Positions 16,188 through 20,000 of a stretch of DNA of 20,000 bases are shown piece by piece. The notes under the pieces were generated by a model. It was not told the origin of the DNA, made no database searches, and was given only the letters and a program-made list of their open reading frames with translations. Both the position numbers and the translations under genes were made by a program. How positions within the stretch are numbered: the stretch's first letter is position 1; every line of letters starts with the position of its first letter. The stretch is from an uncultured virus (IMG/VR IMGVR_UViG_3300040815_001293) (taxonomy: Duplodnaviria; Heunggongvirae; Uroviricota; Caudoviricetes), in IMG/VR virus record IMGVR_UViG_3300040815_001293. One strand, 5' to 3'.

Positions 16188-17004
16188 TATTAGAACATCA
16201 CAGTGTAAACATGGAAAGTTTTCTTACTTTACTAATGATACTATCATTGGGAAAAGTTTAGATATGTACGGCGAATACTGTGAACAAGAATTTATAGTAA
16301 TGTCGCACATGATACAACCAACGGATTTTGTATTAGACATTGGAGCAAACATAGGACTACATACAATATGGTTTGCCAAACACGCATTTCAAGGACAGAT
16401 AAGTTCTTTTGAACCAAACGAGTTCAGTAGAGAATTGTTATATAAAAATTTAGCAAACAATCAAACTTCAAACGTGCAAGTGTATAATAATTGTATAGGA
16501 GACAAAATCTCTTCAGTTTTTATAAGTTCTTATAGTCCACATATTCCAGGAAACTATGGAGAATGTACAGTACTAAACAAACGTTCTGGACCTTTTCACA
16601 CTTCGCAAATGGTTACTATTGACGGATTGCAACCAATAAAGGCAGACTTTATAAAGATAGATGTCGAAGGTTATGAAAAAGAAGTAATTATAGGTGCTCG
16701 CGAATCTATTAAAAAATTTAAACCAGGAATGTTAATTGAAGTTAATGACAATAAAGAACATATAGACTTTTTATGGAATGAACTAGTACCACAGGATTAC
16801 TTATTATGGTGGTTACCAGTTAGAAATTATAATCCAAATAACTTTAGAGGTGAGAAGAACAACATCTTTTTAAACAGTGGTGTTATAAATGTTGTTGCCT
16901 GCCACAGATCAAAAGCACAAGTTAATACATTAGATAAGATATTAACACCTATACAAGGTGCAGACGATACCTACATAAAAATGCATAAAAGATTACAGTA
17001 CTAG
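16180..17004 (+). CDS. FkbM-family methyltransferase
   Basis: VLDIGANIGLHT, SFEPN, FIKIDVEGYE. Confidence 0.9.
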   Translation: MNSIRTSQCKHGKFSYFTNDTIIGKSLDMYGEYCEQEFIVMSHMIQPTDFVLDIGANIGLHTIWFAKHAFQGQISSFEPNEFSRELLYKNLANNQTSNVQVYNNCIGDKISSVFISSYSPHIPGNYGECTVLNKRSGPFHTSQMVTIDGLQPIKADFIKIDVEGYEKEVIIGARESIKKFKPGMLIEVNDNKEHIDFLWNELVPQDYLLWWLPVRNYNPNNFRGEKNNIFLNSGVINVVACHRSKAQVNTLDKILTPIQGADDTYIKMHKRLQY

Positions 17005-17014
17005 CAAATAACTA

Positions 17015-17043
17015 TTGACTTTTTGAATTATTGAGTGTATTAT
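17015..17043 (+). promoter_or_regulatory. Sigma70-type early promoter
   Basis: TTGACT - 17 nt - TATTAT, followed by an AAGGAG RBS for the gene at 17077. Confidence 0.6.
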
Positions 17044-17076
17044 AACACTTATAGTAATTAGACAAGGAGTCAAATA

Positions 17077-17280
17077 ATGGTAAGCAAGTATATAGTTCGT
17101 TATAAAACAGACGAAGATCCTAGAAGTAGAGAAGTTATCATGTTGGCTAATAGTCAAACAGATGCAAAATCTCAACTCATTGATGAATTCTCAGGTGTTG
17201 ATTACGTTAATATTTTAAGTATTGAAAGTCAAGTATCTACTGCGGAATCTCGTAAAAAAGCAGAAGAATTTTTTATGTAA
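17077..17280 (+). CDS. Small hypothetical early protein
   Basis: 67 aa with its own promoter, AAGGAG RBS and downstream terminator. Confidence 0.75.
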   Translation: MVSKYIVRYKTDEDPRSREVIMLANSQTDAKSQLIDEFSGVDYVNILSIESQVSTAESRKKAEEFFM

Positions 17281-17306
17281 AATTAAATAAAATTAAATAA
17301 AATATT

Positions 17307-17333
17307 AAAGCCTTATAAATTAAGGCTTTTTTT
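17307..17333 (+). terminator. Intrinsic terminator
   Basis: aaagcctta-taaat-taaggcttt followed by a T-run; preceded by a short tandem repeat (taaaattaaa x2.5, 17278-17303). Confidence 0.8.
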
Positions 17334-17340
17334 ATGGGTA

Positions 17341-17408
17341 AAAAGGTTGACAGATAGGACAAAGATGCTATTATATAAGAGTAAGTTAATTAATAGGAGA
17401 TAAAAAAT
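17341..17408 (+). promoter_or_regulatory. Early promoter + RBS cassette, copy 1
   Basis: AAAGG-TTGACA (17347-17352)-16 nt-TATTAT (17369-17374) with TGn extension, then aagttaa and AGGAGATA. Confidence 0.8.
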
Positions 17409-17774
17409 ATGAACGTTTTACTTAAACAAGCAGTTGAACAAGTTGTTGAAACAATGAAACAAGATTATATTCGTTGGTCAACACATGATGGTAAAAAGCC
17501 GTTGAGCGGTTATAATCAAGAAGTTGTTGATAATTGGAATATTGAAATTAAAGAAGGTCAAAAATATATCAAACTTATCAAAAAAGATCATAAGAGTTCA
17601 TATGGCGGTGGTAGTGTAAACGGCTTTATTGTTAAAACTCCTACTAAAGGTTTTGTAGAAGGCGATATGCTTAAGGCGGCTAGTTATAATATGCCAGCAA
17701 CAAATTTTAAACGTGGTAACGTTTATGAAGATGCTAACAATGGTTCTATTGCAAGTTGGACAGGAATTAGTTAA
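17409..17774 (+). CDS. Phage hypothetical early protein
   Basis: 121 aa; GQKYIKL...GFI...GDMLKAASYNMPA...RGNV pattern is of a kind seen in T4-like phage small proteins; strong RBS. Confidence 0.75.
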   Translation: MNVLLKQAVEQVVETMKQDYIRWSTHDGKKPLSGYNQEVVDNWNIEIKEGQKYIKLIKKDHKSSYGGGSVNGFIVKTPTKGFVEGDMLKAASYNMPATNFKRGNVYEDANNGSIASWTGIS

Positions 17775-18283
17775 TGGATACAGAGTTTATTGAAAGGGCA
17801 AAGCAATTTGCCCGTAAGGCACATAATGGACAATTCCGTAAATACACAGGCTTACCTTATGTTACTCACACAGAAGAGGTAGCAAGTATTGTCGAATCTT
17901 ATAACGGCAGTAAGGAAATGATTGCCGCGGCTTTATTGCATGATACAGTGGAAGATACAGATGTAACTGTAGAGGATATTAGGAATGAATTTGGCAATTC
18001 AACTGCTGATATGGTCAAGTGGTTAACAGACACAAGTAAACCAGAAGATGGTAACCGACAAGTTCGTAAAACTATTGACAGGAATCGGTTAAGTCAATCA
18101 CCGGCGGCTGTTCAATTAATCAAAGCGGCTGACATGATTAGCAATGGTAAAGATATTATGGTAAATGATCCAAAGTTTGCCAAGGTATACATTGGGGAAA
18201 TGAAGTTGTTGTTAAATTCAATGACTAAGATTCATTCAATGGATATATACAATGAAGCAAAAGGAGTTGTAGATGCAATATGA
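17774..18283 (+). CDS. HD-domain hydrolase, Mesh1/SpoT-like small alarmone hydrolase family
   Basis: AHNGQFRKYTGLPYVTH, AALLHDTVEDT and LIKAADMISN match the RelA/SpoT hydrolase (HD_4) motifs; no synthetase domain. Confidence 0.85.
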   Translation: MDTEFIERAKQFARKAHNGQFRKYTGLPYVTHTEEVASIVESYNGSKEMIAAALLHDTVEDTDVTVEDIRNEFGNSTADMVKWLTDTSKPEDGNRQVRKTIDRNRLSQSPAAVQLIKAADMISNGKDIMVNDPKFAKVYIGEMKLLLNSMTKIHSMDIYNEAKGVVDAI

Positions 18284-18476
18284 AAGTCAAGTACCTGATA
18301 AGGTACTAGTGCATTGTACAGATAATGGGAAAGAATGGGAAGGTACTGTTCTTTCTTCTTATAATGGTGTTGTTAAGGTTTTGTTAGAAGGCGTTTCTCT
18401 TAATTTTAATCAATATAAGAAAAAGAATCTGTATGTTGCTAATTTTAGTGGAATGGAACTAACAATTTCACTGTAA
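18273..18476 (+). CDS. Small hypothetical protein (beta-rich)
   Basis: 67 aa; AAGGAG upstream inside the HD gene; overlaps its stop. Confidence 0.7.
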   Translation: MQYESQVPDKVLVHCTDNGKEWEGTVLSSYNGVVKVLLEGVSLNFNQYKKKNLYVANFSGMELTISL

Positions 18477-18479
18477 ACA

Positions 18480-18800
18480 ATGCAGATAGATTTACACGGA
18501 TATACAAAACACGATGCATGGAAACGATTTAAGAATCATGTAGAAATATGTGACTTAAATGGTCTTCGTAAATTTGTGGTTATTACTGGATATGGTGCAA
18601 TATATGACGAATTGCCCAAGTGGTGTGAAGCAATATCTTGTATATCTGAGGTAAAAACTATGCTACCAAACCGTGGATCCTACCAAATTATACTAAAAAA
18701 GAAGAAAAAAGATTTAAAAGTTTCTATAACCTCAAAAAACCCAGTAAAATCAACGGTTAATATAGCACCTTTATTAAAGAAATGGGGTTCTAAAGGTTGA
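18480..18800 (+). CDS. Stand-alone Smr (MutS2 C-terminal) domain protein
   Basis: IDLHGYT...A, VVITGYG and NRGSYQIILKK match the Smr signature motifs. Confidence 0.82.
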   Translation: MQIDLHGYTKHDAWKRFKNHVEICDLNGLRKFVVITGYGAIYDELPKWCEAISCISEVKTMLPNRGSYQIILKKKKKDLKVSITSKNPVKSTVNIAPLLKKWGSKG

Positions 18801-18858
18801 CAGATTCGCAAAAGATGTTATTATAATAGTATAAGTTAACAAAAAGGAGATACTAAAA
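18792..18858 (+). promoter_or_regulatory. Early promoter + RBS cassette, copy 2
   Basis: AAAGG-TTGACA (18797-18802)-16 nt-TATTAT (18819-18824), aagttaa, AGGAGATA; near-copy of 17341-17408. Confidence 0.8.
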
Positions 18859-19296
18859 ATGGCGTTTATTAATAAAGAAGATGTTAAAGCAATTAGAAAC
18901 GAACTTAAGAAACAATATCCTAATATTAAGTTTAGTGTAAGAAAAGATCACCATTCAAGTGTACAAGTTACACTATTGTCGGGTGATGTTGACTTTTATG
19001 ATGGATCTTTAGATTTCTTTGACAGGTATTCACAAGAAATTACACCATTTCCAGGTTCAGCACAAATTAACCAATACCATACACATTATTATGGTATACA
19101 TAAACCTTTATTTGATAACATATACGAAATATGTAAAACTGCTCCAATTAACGGAAACGGTTATCATAAAAACAAAGGTTGGTTTGATGATTCAGACGCA
19201 ATGACAGATTATTTCCACACTGCATATTATATTAACATTAGTGTTGGTGCTTGGAACAAGAACTATGAAGTTACTAAACAAAAGATGGCGGCATAA
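18859..19296 (+). CDS. LPD29-like (large polyvalent protein domain) early protein
   Basis: AIRNELKKQYPNIKFSVRKDHHSSVQV at the N-terminus and FDDSDAMTDYFHTAYY at the C-terminus resemble LPD29-type proteins. Confidence 0.55.
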   Translation: MAFINKEDVKAIRNELKKQYPNIKFSVRKDHHSSVQVTLLSGDVDFYDGSLDFFDRYSQEITPFPGSAQINQYHTHYYGIHKPLFDNIYEICKTAPINGNGYHKNKGWFDDSDAMTDYFHTAYYINISVGAWNKNYEVTKQKMAA

Positions 19297-19300
19297 TAAA

Positions 19301-19371
19301 AAAGGTTGACACTATAGCAAATGGTGTTATTATTAATAATATAAACATAAAACGACGAATAGGAGAAATAT
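19301..19371 (+). promoter_or_regulatory. Early promoter + RBS cassette, copy 3
   Basis: AAAGG-TTGACA (19306-19311)-16 nt-TATTAT (19328-19333) with TGn; AGGAG at 19361-19365. Confidence 0.75.
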
Positions 19372-20000
19372 ATGAATAGTTACGTTTTAGTTAAAGAAGG
19401 TTCTTACAGGAACCAAAAGATAAAAAACAAAGTCTTTCCGATGATTAAGAATGTACAGGAAAGTAAAACAGGAATGTTTATTACTGTTGATGGTACAGAA
19501 GGCTTTGGTTCAGATAAAATTAGGGTAAAGATTAAATCCCCTACTGCAATTACTTTCGTTGATAGGTCAGAGTATGCTACTCAAGTTGAAGCATCTACAC
19601 CTAAAGAAAGTTCAAAACTTACTGCTAAAGATGAAAAGAGAATCGTTGAAATCGAAGATAGGTTTGAAATCCTAAATGAGATGACAGGTGCTCTTAAGAA
19701 TAATGACGTTAGGGCAATGATTGTTACAGGACCTCCAGGTGTTGGTAAATCATACGGAGTTGAAACAACACTTGAAGAACAAAGTGGTTTCGATGACCTT
19801 GCTGGTAATAGAAAGTTTGAGTTTGTAAAAGGTGCTATGACGGCATTAGGTTTATATGCTAAACTTTATGAGTATAGTGCAAGAGGTAACGTAGTTGTAT
19901 TTGATGACTGTGATAGTGTATTACTAGATGACCTTGCATTAAACATTTTAAAGGCGGCACTTGATAGTGGTACTAGACGTAAAATTTATTGGAATGCTGA
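19372..20000 (+). CDS. AAA+/P-loop ATPase, 3'-truncated (absent from the ORF track)
   Basis: Manual translation from ATG 19372 (MNSYVLVKEGSYRN...) is open to the window end; Walker A IVTGPPGVGKS, Walker B VVVFDDCD, NILKAALDS. Confidence 0.88.
   Translation, partial: MNSYVLVKEGSYRNQKIKNKVFPMIKNVQESKTGMFITVDGTEGFGSDKIRVKIKSPTAITFVDRSEYATQVEASTPKESSKLTAKDEKRIVEIEDRFEILNEMTGALKNNDVRAMIVTGPPGVGKSYGVETTLEEQSGFDDLAGNRKFEFVKGAMTALGLYAKLYEYSARGNVVVFDDCDSVLLDDLALNILKAALDSGTRRKIYWNA

Noticed and set aside
315..17175. Numerous minus-strand ORFs in the track (e.g. 315..776, 4871..5302, 7735..8040, 8044..8409, 11453..11746, 12107..12337)
   Set aside because: They are antisense shadows of well-supported + strand genes, with no RBS and no recognisable motifs.
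17278..19371. Repeats as a CRISPR array or transposon ends
   Set aside because: The repeats are dispersed promoter cassettes and one short AT tandem; no regular repeat-spacer period, cas gene or transposase.
1..20000. Alternative genetic code or introns/inteins in core genes
   Set aside because: Standard-code ORFs tile the window densely, and terL, gp32 and uvsX are full-length and uninterrupted.

Overview
AT-rich 20 kb segment of a large T4-like (myovirus-type) dsDNA bacteriophage, probably aquatic; the host cannot be determined from this window. Nearly all genes are on the + strand. From left to right: (i) acidic proteins, probably virion/head-associated, flanking a minus-strand HNH nuclease and a gp17-like terminase large subunit; (ii) a tightly coupled auxiliary operon of TctC- and TctA-like tripartite tricarboxylate transporter subunits, a 2OG-Fe(II)-type oxygenase, a sulfotransferase-like protein, an APS kinase and an HxGH nucleotidyltransferase; (iii) a ~230-nt GC-rich, multi-helix non-coding element with its own sigma70-type promoter, which I cannot assign to a family; (iv) a gp32 SSB - UvsX - small acidic protein - UvsY recombination module; (v) a methyltransferase / cytidylyltransferase-cupin / FkbM cluster; (vi) an early region built from repeated promoter+RBS cassettes carrying a Mesh1/SpoT-like HD hydrolase, a stand-alone Smr protein, an LPD29-like protein and a truncated AAA+ ATPase. 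Window-wide, GCWGC appears absent because the Ala-Ala pairs I found all use GCG/GCC as the first codon, and several genes look leaderless behind a TAAATA late-promoter box. All calls come from motif reading by eye; no searches were run.
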